This document shows, in pieces, positions 1-12,570 of a stretch of 64,000 nt of DNA. The DNA comes from Podarcis bocagei. Lineage: Eukaryota. Location: the NCBI GenBank assembly GCA_964188305.1, contig OZ076890.1. The stretch is one strand, 5' to 3'. Below the pieces are notes generated by a model that was not told the origin of the DNA, did not search any database, and saw only the letters and a program-made list of their open reading frames with translations. The translations under genes were made by a program, and so were the position numbers. How positions within the stretch are numbered: position 1 is the stretch's first letter; each line of letters starts with the position of its first letter.

Positions 1-699
1 CGGTGTACAGATGTGGAGGAAGAATAAAAGAAAAGGGACAAATTGAAGTAACAGTGTCAATGTAATACTGCTGGAAAAAGACTCTATTTTCTTGAGTTTA
101 GCATTTGATACAAGTCTGGATCAAAGCTGTAGTAACACCTAAAATGTACTGCCTGAGGTGGCCCCTCATTCCCATATTAAGGCTAGCCCTGCCTTGCCAT
201 GATAACAGAATGCTTTCAGTAATAGTAGCAAAATCAATTTCATCCTGCAGAGAGGTTTGCCTCTGCTGTAAAATCTGTAAAGGTTCTAGAATGTATATTG
301 CATTTTACTGTCATTTCAATTCCATAAAGAAACCGGTGGTTCGATATGGCATGCTTGTGTTGTACTCTGAACACAATTTATCCTCTCTACTCTTCAGTGT
401 CAGTGAAGTTACTCTGTAGGAAATTTACCTTTGTCTTTGATGCTGTTAGTAGATGGCGTAAAAAAATTACATTTACAGCCCATCATCACTTCATGGATTA
501 AAGCTTTCAGGCTCTGTAAGGTCTTGAATATCTTTTTTTAAAAAAGGGGTGCTATTTCTGTGAATTCTTCTGGCTCCTCATTGTAAATGATAAAGGGTAA
601 TCTTTCAGATATGTGCTCTGCAATGGAAGTAGAACAGCCATTATCCCCCCCCTCCCATTTTATTCTGCACACTGCCTTGAGTGTTTCTTGAGAAAGTGA

Positions 700-1140
700 A
701 TAACAGGTGAAGGACACTCCTTTTTTTCTTTAGCAAGTGGCACACCCAAAATGTCAAGCAAATGAGCAAATTATTTCATCATAAAGACCCAGGCCCACAA
801 ACAGGAAACCATTCAAATCATACACAGTGCCCAAAAAATGCAGTTCGTCTCCTCAGAGCCTACTCCAAAAACACACTGAAATGCTCAAAGGTGGAAAATG
901 AAATTGAACACCACATGGGTAATGCTCAATCCACATAAAATGTCCCCTCAAAGGAAAAATCCAGCAAAATCAAATTCTTCCAGATGGACCAGGAGAAGGT
1001 GAAAGATTGACTTAATGCCACATTTACACATCAATGTACGCCTGAACCATACAGACAGCACAGTTGAAGGAGTCATAATACGCTGTGCAAAGCTGGTCAG
1101 GAATAGCATCATTTACTGACCAGCCTCTGGGAATCAACCT
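700..1140 (-). mobile_element. Possible old L1 ORF2 C-terminal fragment
   Basis: Minus strand shows degenerate EGTF..HMW..FW-like motifs; weak. Confidence 0.3.
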
Positions 1141-2653
1141 AAATTCCTCAGCAGATTTTTTTTGGGGGGCAGTGCCTAAAGGAGGCATTTAGAAGCATTC
1201 AGGAGGGCATTGGCCTGTTCCAATTAGCTTTCTAGAACTAAAATAAAACAAGATTTCATTACTAAATGCAGTGGTCTAATAATGTGAAGATAATAATATG
1301 TAGAAGACCATTAAAACTATTGCCCTCATCTAGAAAATATCATATGGGTTGTTGTAAAAGTGGAAGAGGATCAACTAAAATATGCTTTGGTAGTATCCTG
1401 GGGCATGTTGTCTACATTGTGTGATACAAGATGGAAATATAGTACGATAGAGGAATTTAGCTTCTCCCAGCAACTATTTAATTCCACTTGACTAGAACAT
1501 TTTTGAATGTGATAATCAATAAAGCACCTTAGATGTAGGTTAGTATTCAACCAGTGTTATAACACATATAAACATTCCCTAGGTCATAAAAATATAGCTC
1601 ATGTGTTCCATAGAGGCCTCAGTTCATGTACTATTTCTAAAACTAGGCATATTTTATTTATCTTTGTGATCCGTATTAATCAGCAGGTATGAATTGGTTA
1701 TATACAAATTCTATATATAGTTCTTTGATCAAAATACATTCCTTCCTTTGCAGAATAATACTTTTACTTTATTTGTAGATCTAGTGGGTAAATAGAAGGC
1801 TCACAGGTTCTGCAGTTTCGCTGAATTGCTTTTATAGTTTTCAGGTTTTTTTAATTCTCGACTATATGGTCACTATTTCAGTATCTCAGAATTATGATGT
1901 GCCTTTTAAAATATTGGATTTTAAACAATATGAGTTTATACTATTTATGTTACTGAGAAATACATGTAGTGATGTTTTGGTCAGCTGAGCTGGTTTCTAA
2001 TTATTAACTCAGAAGACTTTGAATTCTAAAAATTTTGGCATCTCAAATCACTTAGAATATTGATGGCATTGTAGTCTCCCCTGTGACCCCCCCCCCCCCG
2101 ATTTTACAGTTCACTGTGTAAATCTGTATGCACTATGCACAGGATGTGCTTTGATTCAATAGTACCCTGGATTTGCCTATTTCAAGAGATTGTGTTTAGT
2201 GTTTATAACGGAGTGCCTATGGATTCTACTTATAAAATGGACACTTTCTCTGGTTATGTTCATATTATAATCTTACACTTGAGATCAGTGAATATGAAAT
2301 TGTTCCCACCTTAAGTAGCTCCACTGACATATAGTTCATTTCAGTTTTGCCGTGTGGATTGGGATTTCCCCCCCATGTCACTACAATATTTTTGCAGTGC
2401 TATGAAGTCACCTCTTAATCCACATTGTGAACCATTGCATACAAATGAGTTGCACCTAGAGACACCTGCCGCATCAAATAAAAGGAGTTTACATGTAGTT
2501 TCTTCTGACAGAAACACTTGGTATTCCAGTGGCATGTGTTAGTGGTATTACTCAAATGCTGCTAGAGAGATGTTAGATGGGTGAGACGTTTATATTGGAT
2601 GGCAGTAGTTTGCAAGAACTTTACAATTTTTTCCCATGATGTCTTTTTCTTAG

Positions 2654-2761
<108 letters not shown>

Positions 2762-3495
2762 TAAACTTTGGATTGTGATTCCCCTTTTGCTTGCGTACGT
2801 GTGTATTAACTGCAAAGGATCAAGAGCATGTTTGGGGAAGGAAGGGGTGCACGTGGGAGAACAGCTTGAAAGAGCTTGGGCTAGAGTCATGAGAAAGTTA
2901 GCTTCAGTAATGCATATAAACTGGACTTTGTTCAAGGGAGGAAAAAGTGTATCACTGTCATACCTTGTCGTGAATTAAAGGAAATTTGTCTTAATTCGCA
3001 TAGGATTTTGTGCTGTAGTTTGCTGTGGTGCAGTAAACACATTTCCTATTTAATAATTTATTATTATTATTATTGGAAATCAAATAATATTAAAAGCTGA
3101 TAAGTTAATATCTCATCTAAGCAGCACACACAACCCTTCATATCTTCTTTGTTTATAAAACTAGATGTAATGTCACCAGATTCAAAGTCATTGTACCAAC
3201 TACTGAGAGTTTGAGAAAGGATAGTCACTCTTGCAGACATTCACCTCTACACATATAGTAGCCATTTTCAGACTTATGCTTATTCATTTGTGTTGTATGA
3301 GAGGTATTCTCTAGGTTCCTCTAAAGGACAGAAGCCACCTTCTTACGAAGGAAACTCAAACTGCTGAAAATATCTGAAAATAGAATTTCCAATGACATTC
3401 TTAAATCAACCATAGAATTCTTCTTCCCATACTCCACCAGAAGTGGAGTTAAACTTCAAGTCACCAATAGTAGTGTTTGTACATTGTTTACTATA

Positions 3496-4147
3496 CAGTG
3501 GTACCTCGTGTTAAGAACTTACCGTATTTTTCGTCCCATAGGACGCACCGGCCCATAGGACGCACCTAGGTTTTTTTGGGGGGGGGGAGAATAAAGGGGG
3601 AAAAAAATCCTTTATTTCCCCCTCAAAACCAGGTTGGGGAATCCAAACCAGGTCAGGGAACAGCGGGATGGCGGCGCTCCGCATCCCTGCTGTCCCCCGA
3701 GCTTGTGGGGCTGGCACTGGGGAGAAGCGCGGGGCGCTCTGCTTCAGCACTGTGGGAACTCCCGCGGGCTCCCCAGGCTTGTTGATAGCTTCCTGAAGCC
3801 TGGAGAGCGAGAGGGGTCGGTGCGCACCGACCCCTCTCGCTCTCCAAGCTTCAGCGAAAGCCTGCATTCGCCCCATAGGACGCACACAGATTTCCCCTTC
3901 ATTTTTGGAGGGGGGAAAGTGCGTCCTATAGGGCGAAAAATACGGTAATTTGTTCTGGAGGTCCGTTCTTAACCTGAAACTGTTCTTAACCTGAAGCACC
4001 ACTTTAGCTAATGGGGCCTCCCGCTGCTGCCGCACCACTGCTGCACGATTTCAGTTCTTATCCTGAAGCAAAGTTCTTAACCCGAGGTACTATTTCTGGG
4101 TTAGCGGAGTCTGTAACCTGAAGTGTCTGTAACCCGAGGTACCACTG
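3496..4147. mobile_element. Tc1/mariner-type (Tigger-like) MITE with TIR CAGTGGTACCTC, interrupted by a nested MITE
   Basis: TA-CAGTGGTACCTCG ... CGAGGTACCACTG-TA; near-identical uninterrupted copies at 38204 and 45870. Confidence 0.9.
3522..3945. mobile_element. pogo/mariner-type MITE with TIR CCGTATTTTTCG, nested in the element above
   Basis: TA-CCGTATTTTTCG ... CGAAAAATACGG-TA; internal CCCATAGGACGCAC subrepeats. Confidence 0.9.
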
Positions 4148-5009
4148 TAGTTGGAAAGCTCCGGCCACTACAGTTTCCCACAGGAAAATACATGAGGGTT
4201 TCCAACAGGTGTTCTACTGTAGGTTAGGGGCACAGCCCACCACCGAAATGCTGCGACGCTTTGCATTCCTGGTACTTAATGTGCATGTCAGTAAACTAGT
4301 AACACACTCCATCCTGTGTCAGTTTGGCATGCATGCTCACACATTTGCCTTGCTTCTCTATAGTAAAAACTTCATTGAAACTGCCTTGATTGAAGCTTCT
4401 CTTGGGATGAAAGTCACATCACAGTGACTAACAAGATCCTCTGATCAGTCCCTTTATCTAATCAACATGACTAATCACAGTGATAGGTCTGAATTCTTGC
4501 AAATTTAGTTGAGGCTATAAGTGAGTTACTAATGTGCGTGGAGCAGAACAATATGAACAATTACAGCCTTCCATAGTTCTGCTGAAGCAGTTTCCATTGT
4601 CAAACTGAATAATAATAATATGGTTAAACTGAATAATCTCCCATATGTGTAAACATAATTTATTTGAACTGTGACCGGTATCAATATAATAGTAATACTT
4701 TCCATGTATTGCTCTCAACATAATTTGTCACTTAATAAAACATCTGCACAGATATTGATAATACATTTTTAGAACGAGTCCATAGATTGATGCTGTTGGT
4801 GGTGTTTAATATTTAGTGCTCTCAGAGCAAAATAATTGAAAAAAATCCATAATATATAGTACTACTTGCTTTGTTTTATAAATATTAAAAGCATTTATTC
4901 CATAAGGGCTAAGTTATATTTGGAGGAAATGTAAAGTGGTTTCTAGTTTGCCTTAATATATATCATTACAATCATTACACTGCAGTCTAATTAAATTCAA
5001 TGCGATTAT

Positions 5010-6090
5010 TCTGCTTAGAGCTTCTTCAAGAGCAGCCCCATATCCAGCCCATTGCAGTAGTTTAAGTAGGAGGTCGCTTGAGCATGGACAACTGGGACCA
5101 GGCTATTCTAGTCCAGGAACAACTGTAGATGGCAGTTTACCCTAAAATGGGCATAATTCTCCTGGCCACAGAAGCCACTTGAGACCCCAGTTCCAAGATG
5201 GGATTCACGTGCCAAACCACTTGCACCATGAGGCTTTCCTCCCTCTCCCTTTGGCTCCAGGGTGGTGGTGGTCATGAGAACCCTCAGAACGGTGTGCAGG
5301 GGCAGGGGAGGGAATTGTTCTATCTGGTAATCTGATATACTTGAACGGATGGAACATTTGTAATATTGTGACATTGAATTCTATTCCATTAGTACTTCCA
5401 GTGCTCAAAATTTCTTTTTGAGGGAGAGTGCAATCCCTCCCAGACCCAATGATGTACCTAATTCCCAGACACAGGAACCACCTACCATAGCACCTCCTTC
5501 TTAACCAGTATTCAGCCTCAGTTTACTGGTCCCCATCCAGCTCTTCACTGCTTTCAGACACCGATCCAACACCTTCACAGCCTGTCCTGATTCAGATGGA
5601 ATAGATAGAGCTGCATGTCATCAGCATACAAATGGTACTTTGCCCTCATCCCTGCATGACAGCTCCCAGTGGTGGGTGAATAAAAATCTAAAAAACAACA
5701 CATCATAAAAATAGGTGAAGCAGATCCTACCTCATGGCCAAGAAGGGAGAATTAGAGATTTGACAGTAGTTTTTTTTAAATCCCTGGATCCAGGGAGGGC
5801 TTTTTCAAGACATGCCATTCCATAAGCCCTTTCCAGGAAGTGGGGATAACTCCCTTCTATAAAGACGCAACCACTCCCTGCATCAGTCAAGTCAGTCCAC
5901 TCCTACCATATTTTATTAGCCTTGATGGGCAAGGATCAAGACGGCATATAGTCACCCTCACTTTGAGGCTCCTATCCACGTCATCAGGCTGCGACAACTG
6001 AAACTGATCACACAAACTGAAACTAAACCATGATCCTGGGATCTCCAATGGGACTAGAATAAGCGTGACTACAGTGTGCTGTATTGGCAC
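5010..6090 (-). mobile_element. L2-clade LINE ORF2 remnant (ends approximate)
   Basis: Minus strand gives FQLSQPDDVDR...CRLDPCPSRLIK, YADD (gtcatcagcata near 5620) and LNYCN-like motifs. Confidence 0.75.
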
Positions 6091-8014
6091 AATAATAGCC
6101 AATGTCTGTTACTAGATTGTAAGATCAGTTGTAATATTGTGAAGCATTCAAACAACTTGAATCTAGTGGTGGTAATCTCACTAGAGGGTTTGAGTGTTGC
6201 AAACGACATAGATCATAACAGTTTCCAGCCTTACATTTAGTTTTTGCTGTGTGTGGCATGTGCCATTTTAGAAGCTATATCCCACTTCTTTCTCACGCAG
6301 GTTGTAATGCCTCTTCTTTGTTGCTTTACTTGCATGCATAATTTGAAAATAAAAAGTGTCTTGTTTGTTCAGAACTACTGGTTTTACTCAGTGCAGATTG
6401 AGTAAAACTTGTACAAATAATGGACTAAGTTTTCTCTAACTGTGTGATATCCCCACCATTTTTAGAAGTAAGAACCCTACCGCATGCTTTAGTCCCGTTC
6501 ATTTCAATTCGCCATGGGAATGCTTCATTTTCTCTGGATTTTGATCTGAATCCTTCGAGTCAGTCCATCCTGAGTTTAAGCTGCATTGATTTAAAATGTT
6601 TAACTTTTGCCCAGTTGCTATCCACCGTGTTTTGTATTATCACTGCATTTTTAGAAATCTTCCAACTTCCAGAGGACAGAAGTAGGAATTGATATAAATG
6701 CCTTCTGATCATAGTACTTAAATTGAACTCCTGGTGTTCTGGGTTTTCTGTGGTGAAGAGAAATGAGTGTCTGTGTTTACTTGCACTGGAAAATGATTTA
6801 TTAAACTTCAGGGAAAAATATATTATGTGATTATCTTAAAAACTATTGCAGTTAGGTGAGAATTTGGGACATTTTGTGTATTCCATGGATCACCACTCTT
6901 TGTGCCCTTGCACACAGAGCACCTTTGTCCAGTGGCACAGCAGACCTGGAGCAGCAGGGGAGGAGTCAACCTCTCATGGCACCCTTGAAAGATCCCATGG
7001 TTCTCATGAGGGGCTGATCCACTGAGTGCTTAAAAGCCTCAACTGCACAGCAGACAGGGTCATTATCTTGTAGAAGAGTTTTGTTTTTAAGTCACTGAAT
7101 GTTCTACATGAGTGGTTTTCAGACTTACCACATCCAGGGAACCATTTCTGTTAATTTATGAGCTCAAGGATCTTTGTAAAATTCCTGTTGTTTTGAATGA
7201 TTCAGGATGCATGTTCTAGGGAACACTTTCAGTATTCATGGGTGCCCTCTATATCGGTCCTGAATTAAGAGTGCACCAGGACTTTCAACACCCATAAACA
7301 CACACCATGCAGTCTAAGGAAAGATCAGTAATGGCAGAGAAGCTGTTCTGGGGGCATCTTGTCAGAATAGTTGAACGCTACCCTACTTGGATCACAAAAC
7401 CCTTCTAGAGATTTTGTGAATACTCAGTGGACACACAAAACTCAGTGTGTTTGTATTTTCTCTCCTTGTCTTGCAGCCCCCCTCAAGGAAAACGAGGGGG
7501 GTTGTATCTGTTAGCAATAGGGAGTACTGCCCCCCCATCCATTCATCTTGAGGAAAAAGCTACATGAAATGTGCCTCTCTGGCTTGAAGTAATGCTGCAT
7601 GTCTCATTTATAACTGGGAAATGGAGGCTTGTAGTTCAGCCCATGATTCCTCAGTGAGGAATAGCACTGTGTTATTTGATCCAGATTATGTCCTCTTCTA
7701 GACGTTTAAGGCTCACTGAGGAAGTCTGGTGTTGTCCCATCACAAGTTCAAAACACCCAGCACACTCAAAGGGCCTTAGAGCACTCCCATATTATTACCA
7801 TAGTAGCTCACTGAGCTGTTGTCTGTGCAACTAACTTGTTCCACTTGAAGCCTTCTATATGTAGCATTGAAAAAGAGAAATATTTTACTTCCTGGAAAAT
7901 ATAAATACAGTATAGAGAACTAACACAGAGTGCATAGCTTAATAATCTTGCTTTTGCGAAAGGAGAGATGATAGCCAGTAAGGATTGTATTCTTTATCAT
8001 CTCTTTTATTTTAA

Positions 8015-8116
<102 letters not shown>

Positions 8117-10564
8117 TGAAGATGATGGTGTATCAGCAACACATGTTAAAATGTGTTGTTTTACTGGTTTTAGTAGCTTTTGCATGAGAGATTTAAAAAA
8201 GACACTGTAATTTTTGTGTATTTAAAAAATAAGTAGTGTGGAAGTGAAATGTGTGTAAGACTACCAGTTTCTCATAATATTTACTAATACCAAATTTAGG
8301 TGGTTGAAAGCCTATTGGTTTGGAAACAAAGCAGAGCCACAAAAAATAAGGTAGTGGTTTCTCTATACTTAATGGCCTGCATAGATACACAGAAGTGTAA
8401 ATTAAAGGCTAGGGTTGTAAATAGCCCTCTCAAGGATCTGTGAGCTTCAAGAACATACAGAATGTTGAAGTTTCAGCCGAGTGAGTGAAGTGGGAAGAAG
8501 AGGGAATTAGTCTGATCCTTATCCTAGATTAGGGGTGGGGTGGATGCATCCCATAAAAAATTGTAAAATGCTCACGTATGTGGCTGAGAGCCATCCCATC
8601 TCTTACTATGTTGCTCAGTGGATTGGCCATTTGCTTTTCTCACCCCTTGAAACTCTCTCCATGAGGCCTGAGCAAGACTACAGGACTCCTATTTCAGCTG
8701 TCTGGAATGCTAAGCAAGAAACCTGTGTATCAAACAGGTATCTCTTTGGAGTTAACACAGGTTAAACCATTTCATCTCTCTTTTGGTCATTTACACATTG
8801 CTTTAATATAGCATGAGTTCAATACATTTACTCACATTTAATATTCTATAATTTAGAATATTTTATTCTGAAGTGCTTTATTTATATTCACATAATTTTA
8901 AACTGCACTTTCATATCAGTCTCAGTCAGTTTTATTGCACATAGCCAAAGGCTGCCGCAATGTACACAGAATGTGCACTTTCATATGAAAATATCACAAG
9001 GCAGTATAAGAACTGAAAAGACAGTGTTACACTAAAAATAATTAAAACATCAAACACATTAGTAAGAGCTTAGGTTGAAAGTGTGTCTGAAGAGAGTTTT
9101 TAGAAGACATCTAAAAACAAAGTATGGCTCCTGCTGAAGCCTCTATTGACAAGGAGATCCAAATGGCATAGTCTGCCACATAAAAAGCTTGCCACTTGTT
9201 AAAGGCCAGCCCAACCTAAGGGGCATGGAGGTTTACCAAATGTGCCCCATAGGAACACAACAGTGATCAAGACAGATCATAATTACAGTAAAACTGTACA
9301 GGGAAAGTAATATTTGTAGGAATTGCTATCCTTAAGAGTAATTCTGAAGCATCATAGGATGAGACTGCCATAGGACAGCTTTCATAGCTACACAGGCTGG
9401 GCAATTTTTGTTGGGTTCACGGTTGGGAATGGAAGGATTAAGCACTCTTCCCATGCACTGTGGTCCCCTTCCTGCCTCTTAAACCCCCCCATGTGTCACA
9501 TGTAGTTTTTTCCTGTAGGGGTTTCTTTACACAGTCTAAATGGTGCAAAAACCTAGATTAGGAAGGGTATGGGATAGATTCTGGGATTGTCACTCATTGC
9601 ACCCCAATTGGCAATATGAGAAAGACTGTGCTGCTGTTTGGGATGGAGGGCACCTTTCTGGATGAGAAGTAGAGTATCAGATGGACATTAGTTGTGGGGG
9701 GGGGGATTTCCCTGATTGCTTCTATATGACCTGTTTATTGAGCATTCTATTCTGATTTGTTTGTGGGAAGGTTTAAAACATCACATCAAGCAATTGTTAC
9801 TCCATACTTTCCAGTTTATTTAACCATCACTTTGCTTACTGCAAAAAGTCTAACTTGCGGGGCTGGGGGATAGGTTTGCCATAAAGTGATTGAATCCCAC
9901 CTGCACAATAGCAACTGTCTTGAAGTGCCCTCTTTATTAGAAGCTGTTAGTAGGAGGATTCCTCCTGAAGGTGAGAAAGGCAAGCGAAATATGTTTTAAG
10001 TGGTCTTTGAACTTTTCTCTGGTCTGCTGAGTCAAGTTGAGATTCAGCTCTATGGGAAATTGCACTGGTAGGATATACATGCCACAGCAGTGTGAGAAAT
10101 TCTGTCTTAGTAAGTTGGAGACTAATACTTTAATTCTTTACAAAGAGAGTTGGGCAAGATTATTTAGATAACATTACAGGAATGTAAGGTACTTGTCTTT
10201 AACATCTAATGTAAAGGAGTATAGCCAGGACACACAAGAAAGGAGTCACAGCTGCACTTTTTGAAGGACAAAGCCTGTTAGCCCACAGGACTAGAGAAGC
10301 AGGCTGGGAAAAAGAGGTGCATGTTTGGGCCCCACCAACACCAAGCTCACCTTTTGCATGCCTGGTATTAACTTTCAAGTTAGATGCAAAAGTGGAGAAG
10401 CTTACAGGTCTAAGCCCCACACCCACACTACACATTCCCTAAAGCAGCTTCCAGGTACTCAACAACAGCTACCAGTCTACAGATTCAACTGGGGCTAAAG
10501 GGATTGCCTGACTAGTCCTTGCTCTGTGGAACAACATATGTGTCAAATGTAGGACCTGTTCTAT

Positions 10565-10695
10565 GAAGAACATAGGAAGTCCTTTGGCTGTTGGCCCAAG
10601 TAGTACAATAGCTCTCCAGGGTTTCTTGCAAGGTTCTCTCTCCCAGTCCTACCTGGAAATGCCAAGGATATACTGTACCACCGAGTTATGGCCCA
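10565..10695 (-). mobile_element. Degraded squamate tRNA-derived SINE (Squam3-like; family assignment tentative)
   Basis: cataggaag...ctctccagggtttc...ctcccagtcctacctggaaatgcc...taccaccgagttatggccc resembles the antisense of a common squamate SINE. Confidence 0.5.
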
Positions 10696-12349
10696 CTAGA
10701 AAAGGTGGGGGAAAATCTCCCACATTGCGCACTTGAAAGCATATGCAGTCTCCAAGGACCAAACTAGATGTATATTAAATGCCTATTTGCACTTACATGT
10801 ACAACCCTTTCGTTCCCTGATGTGGTCTGACAAGATATTGCTCCTTTGAAGCTGTTATTTACAGCTGAAGAAAGCCCTCTATTGGGTATTGCTTCAGAGT
10901 TGATTTAGTAAGCAGCAGCTGCCTTGGGGCTATGTTCATTTGTGCTCTTTATAGTATTGGGAGAGGGGAATGTCTTTAAGGCTGTTGGGAGGACTGCAAC
11001 AAGACCCAAGAGTGATAGTAATGGTCGGTAGCTGCAACATGTAGTCTGTAGAGGTTGGTGAGCATCAGTGAGAGAGAGCTGCCACCTGTGCACTCATCCG
11101 TGTTCCTCCTTGAACTACTTTATGTTTTGGGGAGGTTGGGAGAGACTCATCACTAAAACTACAATTGTTCCTACGCTGTATGGAGCAGTAGTATAAAGCT
11201 TTGCTTAGCACCTGCTTGTTCTGCTCCGTGTGGCCAGGCTGTTCTCCTGAATTGCAAAAGGGTACATTAGGTTCTGAGTAGCCATACAATTATTGAAGAG
11301 GAGTGCCTGGCATTTATCAGTGTTTGAAGGCTGATAACCTCTAGCCAATCCCCTTTCTGAAGAATGCATGTTTTTGGTGTCCTGTGTGGAACCATTGCTG
11401 CTAGCTGATGAGTCAGGAAGCATTGATTATGCCACACAATTGAACTAAATTATTGTTGACAATATTGCAGACATGGGGAGATATATGCTGCAGTCTCTCT
11501 CTTCCCACCACCTTTGCTTATCTATGTGGGATGTATTCTTGTATCCCCAGCTGGCGTAATAGAGCAGAAGTTCCTGCTGTGGAAGGGAGATGATCCTGCA
11601 GCAGAGTACTTGTAAGGGGTCTGAGATAAGTGGCATTAATAGTGTGTTCTTCCTCTATTTGTTTTGAAACCAGGCTGTTTGTATAAAGTGTAGTATTTTA
11701 TCATAGAGCCAATCATCAAAGTTCCCTCCAAGGGTATATGACATGAAACTAGATGTGATACCAAGTGTCTGGTCATCTGAGCTGTGGAATCTGTTTTTAA
11801 GGATTTATATTATGTTGTGGATTTGTTGTGATTGAGTGCAGAGTTGGTTGCACTTCTATACACTATTGTGATGGTGTGGACAAAGCAGAAGGAAGTGAAG
11901 GGGCAATGTATTTTGGCTCTGCCTTGCTCTCAGTAGAAGTTTTGCTTTGCTTCTTTTGACTTCCACCTGCCTTGAATATAGCCCATTTCCAGCCCCCAAG
12001 GCAGTACAATTGAAGCGAAGCAGTACTGGGGAGAAGCTGCTATAGCACCGGGTCCCTGCAGTAGTATTAACTTGAAGATCCATTGGCCATGAGGCCAATA
12101 GGCCCCTAAGTCTTAAACAGTGCTCTTGTTTATAAACAGTGCTCTTGTTTATAATGGCAGTGAGATTATTCTTACAATAAATCCTTTCTGCTTTGCTGCC
12201 AAGGGAATGATATCAGTTTAGATACAAATGCTAAGGATTAATTCCAATGCCAATTTTGCACTACAAATAATTTGATACCTTGTATAGCTGTACTATAGGT
12301 TTTCGGAATTTCACACAATTGCAAACTGTGCATCAGTTTGTATATGCTG

Positions 12350-12570
12350 AATGTGGCGTAATGGTTGAGAGTGTAAGCTTTCAGTTGGAAGTTTCCAGTT
12401 TAGTCTTCAGCTCTGTTATTAACTCACTTGGTATTCCTAAGTAAGCCTCTATCTCAGCTATCCTTATCTGTTACATCGGGATAATACTAATGGCTTGCCT
12501 TCAATGTTTTCTGAGAATCACTGACAATGTATGTGAACCACTTGTGTAGCCCTTAGGAAAAGTGCTGTGT
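12350..12570 (+). mobile_element. Old MIR-like CORE SINE
   Basis: TGGCGTAATGGTTGAGAG head and ctcagc...atctgt...gggataata core. Confidence 0.55.

Noticed and set aside
3511-4038. 175-aa and overlapping ORFs (also 51162..51603)
   Set aside because: They lie within GC-rich non-autonomous MITEs and show no transposase motifs
12114-12151. 19-bp tandem duplication (similar small duplications near 48570 and 56052-56100)
   Set aside because: Ordinary slippage duplications with no further structure
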